The position numbers were made by a program, and so were the translations under genes. From IMG/VR virus record IMGVR_UViG_3300012090_000001, positions 1 through 60,163 of that record: a stretch of DNA of 60,163 bases; one strand, written 5' to 3'. The notes beneath the pieces are model-generated. The model worked only from the letters and a program-made list of their open reading frames with translations. It had not been told where the DNA came from and did no database searches. Positions 49,895 through 58,800 of the stretch are shown in pieces (position 1 is the stretch's first letter; every line of letters starts with the position of its first letter). Source of the stretch: a virus.

Positions 49895-50175
49895 ACGAGA
49901 CACTCGCCGACATGCTCGTCCGCGCCTACAGCCGCCCGAAGCCGACATCACGATGGCAGGTCGGGCAGCGGGTGCGAGTCCGCAAGACTCTGACCTGCAA
50001 TACCTACGAAGTCCTGGAACTGCTTGGGGCGATCGGCGTCGTTCAGAGCATCGACATCAGCGGCTTCAGCCATCGGATCTTCTACAACATCGAGTTCCCC
50101 AACGGCCGCGTCGAGCCCTTCGAGGAATGCGAGTTGGACCGGCGGTTTGTTCACGGCACGGAGTCAACCCCATGA
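49891..50175 (+). CDS. Hypothetical protein (94 aa)
   Basis: ATGA overlap at 49891. Confidence 0.55.
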   Translation: MNETLADMLVRAYSRPKPTSRWQVGQRVRVRKTLTCNTYEVLELLGAIGVVQSIDISGFSHRIFYNIEFPNGRVEPFEECELDRRFVHGTESTP

Positions 50176-50381
50176 CTGCCACCTGTGACGGCAAGGGCAA
50201 GCTCCCCTGCCTATCCTGCTCCGGCACGCAGCAGACCCTCACGACCGACGGCCGCCCGGTCCGCTGCCTGACGTGCGGCGGCAAGGGGCGAATCGGCCTT
50301 TGTCCCGGCTGCCCCGCGTGCTCCCATAAAAAACAGTCGCGTGCTTCGGCCGAGCAGACGGGGAGGTTCAAGTTCTCATGA
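50172..50381 (+). CDS. DnaJ-type CxxCxGxG zinc-finger mini-protein (69 aa)
   Basis: CDGKGKLPCLSCSGT...CLTCGGKGRIGLCPGCPAC. Confidence 0.5.
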   Translation: MTATCDGKGKLPCLSCSGTQQTLTTDGRPVRCLTCGGKGRIGLCPGCPACSHKKQSRASAEQTGRFKFS

Positions 50382-50650
50382 ACGATGATGCGAAAGCCCA
50401 ACTGAGAGAGCAAACATTGCGGCAGTGGCACGCCCTCAAAGACGTCGCACGACGCAACCACCAAGAAGCGTCCAAGGGCAAGATCACCACCGCCGCGTTC
50501 TGCATCTGCGGTTGCGCCATGGGAGGCCCGGCCGGGAGTGACGCCTGCAAGATGCTTCAACTGTTCAAGACCTTCATCGAGTGCATTCCTGCCAGTCGCC
50601 TCCCCGATGATTGGCAAGAGAGCGTCGACCTACTCAGGAGCATCATGTGA
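50378..50650 (+). CDS. Hypothetical protein (90 aa)
   Basis: ORF track; ATGA overlap. Confidence 0.55.
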   Translation: MNDDAKAQLREQTLRQWHALKDVARRNHQEASKGKITTAAFCICGCAMGGPAGSDACKMLQLFKTFIECIPASRLPDDWQESVDLLRSIM

Positions 50651-50895
50651 CCCGCGACGAACTCGCCGACGAACTGCTGGAGATCCGCAGGTACGTGAGG
50701 ACGGACGTGGAGTACGTGAGGCAAAAAATCGAACCGTTGTTCGATGTACTGGATCTCTTCGGCAATAGAGATCCGTTCAGACGGATCATGAGCAACCTTC
50801 TCGTCGCCTCGCGCTTTATCCAGGTCGACCCCGAAGTCCTCGAAGGCTACCTCTACGCCGCTGCGTTCGAGCTGCGGTGCGGCAAGGGGAATTAA
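50647..50895 (+). CDS. Hypothetical protein (82 aa, GTG start)
   Basis: GTGA overlap at 50647; in frame of track ORF 50611..50895. Confidence 0.5.
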   Translation: MTRDELADELLEIRRYVRTDVEYVRQKIEPLFDVLDLFGNRDPFRRIMSNLLVASRFIQVDPEVLEGYLYAAAFELRCGKGN

Positions 50896-50900
50896 TCGCC

Positions 50901-51152
50901 ATGAGCAAGCCCCACCGCCGCCGCAAGACGCCGAATCGTCGCACCGTGGGACACTGCCCGGCTTTCCCCTGGAAGACACGGCACATGAGCAAGCGGGCGG
51001 CGTGGGCGAGCATCATCGCAATGATCCTCGGCGGGACGGCGAGGCGCGATCCGACGACCGGGAAGATCCCCAAGTACAACGTCTTCAGGTGCCATCGGTG
51101 CGGTCGCTGGCATGTGGGGACGGACAGTTACAAGAACCGGAGGGCGGGATGA
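50901..51152 (+). CDS. Basic small protein with CxxC (83 aa)
   Basis: ATG 50901; FRCHRCGRWHVG. Confidence 0.5.
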   Translation: MSKPHRRRKTPNRRTVGHCPAFPWKTRHMSKRAAWASIIAMILGGTARRDPTTGKIPKYNVFRCHRCGRWHVGTDSYKNRRAG

Positions 51153-51682
51153 GCGAGCCGATTTCTGTGTCATTCGCTGTGAAACAATGCGACCTCGTTC
51201 CTTGCCGAAACTGCGGGTCGTTGACCGGCCCTCATCTCTTGGTGAATGAACTGGAGCCCGTAGTTCAGTGCTTCAACTGCGGCGAGCCCGGACCGCGATG
51301 CGACACCGAGGAGCAAGCCGTCGAGACCTGGAATCGAAAGCAGGGAGACCCGATGACGACGTTCGACAGCGGTGCTAAGAGGAGCAGCGACGCGGAAGAC
51401 GTCCGGTACGACCTTATTTCTCCCATCGGCCTCCGCCGGCTCGCGGAGACGTACGCGGAGGGGGCCAAGAAGTACGGGGCCGGAAATTGGCTCAATGGCT
51501 TCCCCGCCACCAACCTCGTCAACCACCTGATGCGGCACGTCGACCTGTTTCGGAGCGGCGACGCGAGCGAGGACCACTTAGCCCACGCCGCGTGGGGCCT
51601 GTTCACCCTGATGCACTTCAGCGAGACCCGCCCCGACCTCATGGATGTCTCGTTCGAGCGACTGGAGGCGAAGAAGCCATGA
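51149..51682 (+). CDS. Fusion: Lar-like zinc ribbon (paralog 5) + dATP/dGTP diphosphohydrolase-N-like domain (177 aa)
   Basis: PCRNCGS...CFNCGEPGP...AVETWNRK, then FDSGAKRSS...RYDLISPIGLRRLAETYAEGAKKYGAGNWLNG...EDHLAHAAWGLFTLMHF. Confidence 0.65.
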   Translation: MSEPISVSFAVKQCDLVPCRNCGSLTGPHLLVNELEPVVQCFNCGEPGPRCDTEEQAVETWNRKQGDPMTTFDSGAKRSSDAEDVRYDLISPIGLRRLAETYAEGAKKYGAGNWLNGFPATNLVNHLMRHVDLFRSGDASEDHLAHAAWGLFTLMHFSETRPDLMDVSFERLEAKKP

Positions 51683-52188
51683 AACTATCCCTCATCGTGG
51701 CGATGACCAAGGACGGCCTGATCGGGGCCAACGGCGGCCTGCCGTGGGGGCGAATCCCCGAAGACATGCGGCACTTTAAGACGTTGACGATGGGCCAGCC
51801 GGTCATCATGGGCCGTAAGACCTGGGAGTCGCTTGGCGGCCGTCACGGCCTTTTAGGTCGCATGAACCTCGTTCTGTCGAAGTCCTTGAAGCAGTCGGAG
51901 AACCCGAGCGTGTTCGTGCGACGCGCCCTGTTTCCGGCGATCCGCACCGCAATCCAGTACGGCTATCAACGAGCTTGGGCGATCGGCGGGGCGTCCGTGT
52001 TTGGGGAAGCCTCTGATTCATTCTGGTTCGACTCGGCCCATGTCACGCTGATCGACGGCCAGTTCACCGGCGACACCTACTTCCCGTTTCCCATCCTCGA
52101 TTCGCCGGAATGGGTCGCCTCCGCCCCACCTACCATCCTCGCGCCGGGAGTCGTCTGCCACCATCTGGAGAGGGTTCGCCAACCATGA
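51679..52188 (+). CDS. folA: Dihydrofolate reductase (169 aa)
   Basis: LSLIVAMTKDGLIGANGGLPWGRIPEDMRHFKTLTMGQPVIMGRKTWESLG. Confidence 0.85.
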   Translation: MKLSLIVAMTKDGLIGANGGLPWGRIPEDMRHFKTLTMGQPVIMGRKTWESLGGRHGLLGRMNLVLSKSLKQSENPSVFVRRALFPAIRTAIQYGYQRAWAIGGASVFGEASDSFWFDSAHVTLIDGQFTGDTYFPFPILDSPEWVASAPPTILAPGVVCHHLERVRQP

Positions 52189-52421
52189 CTCGAAAGCTGT
52201 TGCCGAAAGCCCGGCCGTGCGGACCTGGGTCTCTGCTGGGGCGATCCATCGCGACCCTCAACAGTCGGTCCCACCTCGGCTGGTCCGACTGGCGAGCATG
52301 GAGGTCTTCATTTCACGGCCGCACCTACGTTTCACCACGATCCGCGATCGAGACCGTACTCACCGATGACGAGGCGATCGAGGCGGCGAAGGGTCTCACC
52401 CGGGAAGAGGGGAGGGGATGA
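52185..52421 (+). CDS. Hypothetical protein (78 aa)
   Basis: ATGA overlap at 52185. Confidence 0.5.
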   Translation: MTRKLLPKARPCGPGSLLGRSIATLNSRSHLGWSDWRAWRSSFHGRTYVSPRSAIETVLTDDEAIEAAKGLTREEGRG

Positions 52422-53095
52422 TGAAAACCGATCGTCGCCCCCGCGGCAAGGTCGGCGAGGACGGGCTTACCGACCGGCAGCGAGAACTCTGGCGATCCAT
52501 GTTGGAGTTCCAGGCCACCAACGGCCGCCCCGGCTCCGCAGGAGAGTTGGCCGCGCGGTTGGGCGTCTCCAAGGGCGCGATCACCAACCCGATGGAGATC
52601 CTGATCCAGAAAGGGCGGGTGGTCAACAAGGGGACCGCCGGCCAGAACCTGCGTAAGTGGGCGATCGATCCTGAGACCGAGGACGCCGAGTACCTGCTGT
52701 CCATGGCGGAGTTGAGCATCGTCAACCGCGGCATCCGCCTTTTCTTAGATCGCCACCTCGAGAACGAACCGAGCCCGTCGCCGCTCAAGTCGGGTAGAGC
52801 ACTCGCTGGGATCGTTGAGGAGTGGATCACCGCAGCGAACGGCGCGGCCCGGGACATCGTCAAGCCGATCACCAAACGTCACGGGATCGACGGACTGACC
52901 GATCGGCAGCGTGCGATCCTCCTCATGATCGCTGGTCAAGCCGGACCCGTTCGGGTCGTCGACCTCGAGGACAAAGCGGGCGTCCGCGGCGGCGGCCTAG
53001 CCTGGACTCTTGCGAGGCTGGAGATGAAGGGACGCATCGAGCGATGCCGCGTGCTGGGCGCGGTCGCCGTCAAGGCGGTTGAAGGGGCGGCCTGA
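52418..53095 (+). CDS. Tandem winged-helix (LexA-N/MarR-like) DNA-binding protein (225 aa)
   Basis: Two copies of the LTDRQR(E/A)(L/I)...G..(S/R)..(E/D)LA...GV..G.......L..KGR(V/I) pattern. Confidence 0.6.
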   Translation: MMKTDRRPRGKVGEDGLTDRQRELWRSMLEFQATNGRPGSAGELAARLGVSKGAITNPMEILIQKGRVVNKGTAGQNLRKWAIDPETEDAEYLLSMAELSIVNRGIRLFLDRHLENEPSPSPLKSGRALAGIVEEWITAANGAARDIVKPITKRHGIDGLTDRQRAILLMIAGQAGPVRVVDLEDKAGVRGGGLAWTLARLEMKGRIERCRVLGAVAVKAVEGAA

Positions 53096-53150
53096 ACTCA
53101 CGCCGACCAATCGATTGATCACCACCACGAGGCGAAGAGGGGGCGAGAGC

Positions 53151-53450
53151 ATGAGCAGGAGATTCGGGCCGCATCCCGAGAGCGGCGAGGATGTCGAGGA
53201 GTCATGGAACGTCCGAATACAGACGCCTGAGATGCGATGGGACGGACGAGGGTTCATGGCCCCATCAGTCTTCGATATACGGGAGAAATTTGGCAGGAAC
53301 GAACTAAGGTCGATCGAGGAAGCCCGGAGCTTGATCGCCGACCTTCGCAAAGACCCTAAGCTCGTCGGCTGCCTGTTCTGGATTCAGAAGACGACGACCA
53401 AGACGAACTGGAACACCGAGATCCACGACGCCGACGGGATGGAGGATTGA
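53151..53450 (+). CDS. Hypothetical protein (99 aa; in frame of track ORF 53079..53450)
   Basis: ATG 53151 with a purine-rich Shine-Dalgarno. Confidence 0.55.
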   Translation: MSRRFGPHPESGEDVEESWNVRIQTPEMRWDGRGFMAPSVFDIREKFGRNELRSIEEARSLIADLRKDPKLVGCLFWIQKTTTKTNWNTEIHDADGMED

Positions 53451-53456
53451 ACGCCG

Positions 53457-53783
53457 ATGAACGACATCAAGGATCACGACGACATCGCCGGCCGCCTGGA
53501 GCGGATCGAGGGGCTGCTGGCGACGCTGGTGGGCAGGCCGACGACGAAGCAGTCCGAAGCTGCGGCATGCGATCCAGCGGAGATCCTTCAGGCGATCCCC
53601 AGAGCGATGCGCCGGCTTGATCCAATGGAGCGACGGGTGATCATGGGAAGGTTCGACGGACGCACTTTCCACGAGATCGCCAAAGACCTCGGGGTCACAA
53701 AGGAACGAGTCCGGCAAATCGAAGAAAGCGCCAAGCGGTTTTTGCGGGCTGCCTTGATGGCCGACCATAGTGTGGAGGGTTGA
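53457..53783 (+). CDS. Sigma-70 region-4-only protein (108 aa)
   Basis: LDPMERRVIMGRFDGRTFHEIAKDLGVTKERVRQIEESAKRFLR; no region 2 is present. Confidence 0.7.
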   Translation: MNDIKDHDDIAGRLERIEGLLATLVGRPTTKQSEAAACDPAEILQAIPRAMRRLDPMERRVIMGRFDGRTFHEIAKDLGVTKERVRQIEESAKRFLRAALMADHSVEG

Positions 53784-53789
53784 ACTCTG

Positions 53790-54044
53790 ATGATGACCAT
53801 CAAGGATCTTGCTGCACGGTGGGGCGTGAGCGAACGCGAGGCGAGGCAGATTGTCAAGGACGGGCAGGTGCCGTTCATCGCCCTGAAGGCGTTCGAGGCC
53901 AACATCAATTGGACCTTCGTGAGGTTCCAGCCCGAAGCCGTGGCGTCGTGGGAAGAAAGCCGGGAGCGGCGAGCGACGACGGCTAAGCCGCAATCCGCCG
54001 CCTCCCAGCGAATCGTCCTCAGGAAGATGCGGCCGCGGTCATAG
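53790..54044 (+). CDS. xis: Excisionase / MerR-type HTH protein (84 aa)
   Basis: MTIKDLAARWGVSEREARQIVKDGQVPFI; convergent with the integrase and overlapping it by 6 nt. Confidence 0.7.
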   Translation: MMTIKDLAARWGVSEREARQIVKDGQVPFIALKAFEANINWTFVRFQPEAVASWEESRERRATTAKPQSAASQRIVLRKMRPRS

Positions 54045-55151
54045 GCGTCGTCTCACCAGCACGTCGGCCGCGTCGGCAAGGTGGTCGGACAGGAGGTGTC
54101 CATAGGTGGCGGCGATCTGCTGGGGCGACGTGCCCAGCAGTTCCGCCACGGTGGCGACCGGGACCGACGACATGAGCAGGGAACTCGCCGCGGTGTGTCG
54201 CCAACGGTAACAGGTCAGCCTGTCAGGGCCTTCGTCGGACAACGGCACGCCGTCGGCGATGGCTTCTCTTCGCCGCCTCGCAGTCGTCACCGACAGATGG
54301 CTCGGGGTCCACTGGCCGCCCCGAGGTGAAGGGAACACAAGGACGCCTGAAGCCCCCTCAGCCCGCCTTAGCATCCGATGGAGACGGCGGGGCACGAAGA
54401 CCCTCCTCGGCCTCCCCGTCTTCCTCGCCGCCTTCCAATCGGCCCGGGTCAAGATCGCCGGCCGCTCGCCGTTCCACTTGATCTCGCCCCAGCGAGCCCG
54501 CGTCAACTCGGACGGCCTGGCCCCGGTATGAATCAAGCACCGCTGGAGTTGGGCGAACTTCCGGTGCCCGTTCCGCCACAGCCATCTCAGCCACGCCGCG
54601 GCCTCGTCCCGGTTGGCGTACCTGTCGGCGGGGCGCGGGATCGTTGGGAGTGGGACGTCGGCGAACGGCGAAGCCGCGATCAGCTTCGACCTCCCGTCCA
54701 CCCTCCTCGAAGCCCATCGGAACACGATCTTGAGGATGTTGGCCATCGACCTCCGGTAGCCGGGAGAGGCACCCGACCTCGTCCACGCCGCGATCAACGC
54801 CGGCAGATGGTCGGGCTGGACCTCCAACGGCGACATCGACCCGAAGCGGACGCCTCCGACCATCGCCGCGCAAGCCCGCCTGGCCACCGAGCACGTGTTC
54901 TCGTGCGCCCTCCGATCCCGCTGCCCCACCTCGATCCTCGCCTCGTCCCAAACCAAGTACGCCTCGCAGAGCGAATCGACCGTCGACGTCGTCTCCACGG
55001 ACGGCCCATCAGATATCTCGGCGTGCCACGCCCACGCCGCGTGCTCGTCCTTCCGCCCAATGCTGGACGGCGCGATGATCCTCCGCCCACCCACCGTCGC
55101 CGCCCATCGATCCCTCGCAGCCCACCACCACGGCTTGCTCGGCCTCGGCAT
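54039..55151 (-). CDS. int: Tyrosine integrase (370 aa)
   Basis: C-terminal ...HTGARPSE...CYRWRHTAASSLLMSSVPVATVAELLGTSPQQIAATYGHL (R..H.R..Y catalytic pattern). Confidence 0.9.
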   Translation of the reverse strand: MPRPSKPWWWAARDRWAATVGGRRIIAPSSIGRKDEHAAWAWHAEISDGPSVETTSTVDSLCEAYLVWDEARIEVGQRDRRAHENTCSVARRACAAMVGGVRFGSMSPLEVQPDHLPALIAAWTRSGASPGYRRSMANILKIVFRWASRRVDGRSKLIAASPFADVPLPTIPRPADRYANRDEAAAWLRWLWRNGHRKFAQLQRCLIHTGARPSELTRARWGEIKWNGERPAILTRADWKAARKTGRPRRVFVPRRLHRMLRRAEGASGVLVFPSPRGGQWTPSHLSVTTARRRREAIADGVPLSDEGPDRLTCYRWRHTAASSLLMSSVPVATVAELLGTSPQQIAATYGHLLSDHLADAADVLVRRRL

Positions 55152-55159
55152 CCTGACCT

Positions 55160-55216
55160 CCTGGATTCGGCATGAATCGTGTCGCCCCCGACACTATACG
55201 TATGCTAGAATCCAGG
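55160..55216. promoter_or_regulatory. attP-like nested inverted repeat next to int
   Basis: CCTGGATTC (55160-55168) / GAATCCAGG (55208-55216) flank the hairpin GTGTCG-cccc-CGACAC. CGACACTAT (55189-55197) is inverted at ATAGTGTCG (55396-55404). Confidence 0.45.
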
Positions 55217-55411
55217 GGAAAGGCCCAAAGTTGAACTACACGGTCAACATTTTTGGCGAGACAGCGTCATGGTGGATAATGCGCAAGTCGTTCACTGGCA
55301 AGGCGTAGCGTATTAAGTCGCGACGCCTACTTTGACGAGCGTCGACGCCGGATCGCGGATTTTCTCCTGTCCATGCGCCCAGTTTAGTGACACGAATAGT
55401 GTCGGCGCATG

Positions 55412-55435
55412 AAAAAACCCCGGCCGAAGCCGGGG
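55412..55435 (-). terminator. Strong intrinsic terminator (minus strand)
   Basis: Minus strand reads CCCCGGC-ttcg-GCCGGGG followed by TTTTTT. Confidence 0.7.
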
Positions 55436-55442
55436 GAGGGGT

Positions 55443-55760
55443 ATGATAGGAAGCAGGACGCGGGGAGGCGTTCAAATCATGCTAGATGCATTCCGGAACG
55501 ACGGTCCCATGAAAGACGTGGGACGCTTCGCAGGGCAGGGCGGGTGGCTCGGAAGCTTCAATGACGACGACGCGCCGTGCCTCCGTCGCGGCCCCCAGGT
55601 CATCTCGCCGGTCTTCGACGTGTCCGGCGGCTTCGTCTGGCTGTACACGAACACCGAAACGGGCGAGACGCGACTAGGGGAGAACCTCTTCGATGCCGTT
55701 TGCGCCGCGAACGCCGATCCGGCCGCCATCAGGTATGTCGTCGCAACTCCGGTGGACTGA
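55443..55760 (+). CDS. Hypothetical protein near att site (105 aa; alternative start 55479)
   Basis: ORF track; GGGGGAGGGG before ATG 55443 and GGGGAGG before ATG 55479. The opposite-strand ORF looks non-coding. Confidence 0.55.
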   Translation: MIGSRTRGGVQIMLDAFRNDGPMKDVGRFAGQGGWLGSFNDDDAPCLRRGPQVISPVFDVSGGFVWLYTNTETGETRLGENLFDAVCAANADPAAIRYVVATPVD

Positions 55761-55837
55761 GGCGGGAGGTCTAGATAGAATCCAGGTCAACGCCTGTCAT
55801 GACCGGCAGTCAGAACGGGTTGACCACGGAAGCCTTC

Positions 55838-55870
55838 GGCGACCTCCTGGCAGGGGTCGCCTTTTCTTTT
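55838..55870 (+). terminator. Intrinsic terminator (plus strand)
   Basis: Stem GGCGACC/GGTCGCC (55838-55844 / 55855-55861) followed by TTTTCTTTT; abuts the stop codon of the giant minus-strand gene. Confidence 0.6.
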
Positions 55871-58800
55871 CACAGCCTTCCTACCATCATCGCCGCTCCG
55901 TTGCTCCGACGCCCGCCGCCACCACCGGGCGTGTAGGTGCTCTGATTCGTCACATCCGCCCCCGCGATCGAATCGCCCATCAGGGTGCCGTCCTCGACGG
56001 TCACGATCGCGCCGGGGTCGACGTCCCCCATCTGGATAACGGCAGAACCCGTAACGGGGTCGTCCAGAGTCCAGGTCAGGGTCGTCGTGCCGCTGCCCGT
56101 GGGGGTCGGCGAGATGCCCACGATGACGCCGTCGACCTTGAGCTGGACGACACCGCCTTCCCACGTGACGGCTTCCGGGAAGGTGATGACGAGGTGCACG
56201 CCGTCGGAGACGACGATGAGGGTCGTGGTCGGGGTGTTGTTGGCGAGCTGATAGTCCTTGATGCCCTGGACGATTACCGATTGGTTGTGCTGGTCAGCGG
56301 AATCCAGAAGCGGATTGACCGAGTTCGGCTGACCCTGCCGGCGGAGAAAGAGCGTGTTGTTCGTGCCGCCATCGCTTCCGTCACCGGGCCCGGGCTCCTG
56401 ATTCGGCGTCCACAGTTTGCCCCAATTCCAATAGACCCTGTAGTTGGGCGAGAATTGGGTCGGCCGGTCGTAGCAGAACAGCGCCGCCGCGGCGACATGC
56501 CCCCGCTTGCGGAAAACCTCGAACTGGCTCCGCTGCACGTAGCGGTACACCGGGTTCTGCATGATGTCGAGGGTCCGCGCCGCGACCGACATGCACTCCG
56601 CTACCTGGCCGTCGCCCGCCGGCACCGCCTTCAAGGGGCCCGTGTCGCCGTCGCCGCCCTCATAACAGCAGTGCAGCGGCCGGTGCCCCGTCCTCGTCTC
56701 GATAGCGTCGCAGGCGGCGATGGCGGAAGCGTAGGTGGGACCGAGGGCCGGACCGTACGTCGTGTCGTGCTGGGTCAGGTCGGCCGCCTGGCCGTCGGAA
56801 CACGCTTTCCAGGTGTCGTAGTAGGCCGAATCCTCGGACGTGATCGTGTAGGGCGCATCGGCGATCACGTCGGGGTGGGGAATGTCGTAGCCGAGCCCTT
56901 GCAGAAGGCCCAACTGAGTATCGATCGCCCCAAGGCTCCCCACCTGCCACTCGAAGGTCAACAGGACGTCCGCCGATCTCCCTGTCTCCCCCCAGCAGGC
57001 TTTGGCCACCTCGCCGATTCGGCCCGACCGCATCCAGTGGTATCCCCAGCCGTCTCCGAGGCCCGTCGCCCAAGAGCCGCCGTGGGCCGTGATGGGGAGG
57101 TAGCTGATCGACCAATTCCAAAGCTCGTTGCCGAGTGCTACGTGGAGCTTCTTTCCCTCCGGCAAGATGTCGCGGTAGATTTTGCAGACCTCGTAGACGA
57201 GCGCGTCGGAGGCTGAGTAGGGAAAATTAATCCAGGCATCGGCCCCGCTCTCCGCACAGATGTGCGCGTTGAAGTCGGGAGGGTGGCGACTCCACGGCAC
57301 ACAGGCTTCGTGATCCTGATAGGGCTTGACGGCCTTGGCGGCATCAAACGTCTGAGTCGTCGCCACCGCCAGCGGCGTGTGGATGTCGCCAAAGCTGATG
57401 TTGGCCGAGGCTCGCCACAGGAGGCTCGCCGCCCCCGTAACCTGCATCTCCGGCCCGTCGACGTACATCAGGTTGGAGTAGTAGGTCGTCGTGCCGTCGG
57501 TGACGAGTGGGCCGGAGGCTGTGAACGTGCCGGCGGTCCCGGTGGTCTGGTCGGGCTCGTCAGCGGCGCGACCGAAGACCGTGACGACCCCCGTCCCCGA
57601 ATTGACCGTGTGGACCTGCATGACCTCGCCATTCACGGTGACGAAGCCGCCGGGCTTGATCCAGGTCCAATCGCCGGCCGTGATGGTCAGCGTGGACGAG
57701 TTGCCCGCGAGGTCCGCAGCCAGCGTGAACGACTCCCTCGCCGTGACGTTCGTGTCGGGGTCGGACCACGTACCACGCCCCGAGAGGAAGAGCCCATTGC
57801 GGACGGGCTGCTCGGAGGCCGCCTCGTCGAGAAATAGCTCGCCGTGGTGGTAGGCCCGGCCGATGGAGGAAGAATTCATCACGTACTGCGATTCGTCCGT
57901 GATCGCCAGCCGCCAGCCGACCGAAAAATCTCCGGCGGAGTGGGAGTCTGCGGTGGTTCCGAGCTGAGCCCTCGCCACCGTGTAGACGTTCCCTTCAGGG
58001 GCCGGAATCCCGATGACTCGGACCAGTTCGTCATCGAGGAAGAGGATCTGCCCATAGGGGATGCGAGAGTCGGGCTCCGATGTCGTCCTGTTGATCGTCA
58101 GCGACGTCGCGATCGCATCACACCCTCCCACCAGCGTCGCCGTGTACGTCTCGAACTGGGGGAGCTTGTGGCTGTAGTAGAAATACCGGCCCGTCGAATC
58201 GAACGGCTCGATCCTGCCGAACACTAGTTTCTTGTGATGGGCGGGGTGGTAGTTCCACTTCTGCTCGCTGGCCAGGACGATGTCCTCGGGCTCCGAGAAG
58301 CCGTCGACCATTGCCTCGTGCGTCTCCATCCAGCGGATGACGCCGCAGCCCGGGGTTACGAAGTGCTCCCGGAAAAACGAGTCGAGTTCAAAGGGGTCCT
58401 CGGGCCCGAACGTGACGGGGCCTGGGGTTTCCGGTGGGGTCCAGTTGCCAGGCCCGTAGAGGCGGAGATTCTTGTAGCGATGGGTTACATCGTGGTCCGA
58501 CTTGACCCGCAGGCCGAAGTTGTTGTCCGTCGGGGTGACGAGGCAGGAAGCGCCTGATGAATGACTCGCCGCCGTGGTGCCGCCGTATCCGCGCGTGCAG
58601 CCCGTGAAGGAGTGCGAGCCTGAATCGTACCCCCCGGCCTTGACGACTTCCGTCCCGATCGTCAGGAGGATCGCCTTCGGGGCATCGGGTATCCCCCACC
58701 AGTTGGGCGACGGGTCGGCGTTGACGGGGATGGTGGCCGTCGAGCCATCGACGCCGGACGCCAGGGTGAGATTCCAGACGCTCTTCTGGACGTCGTAGAC

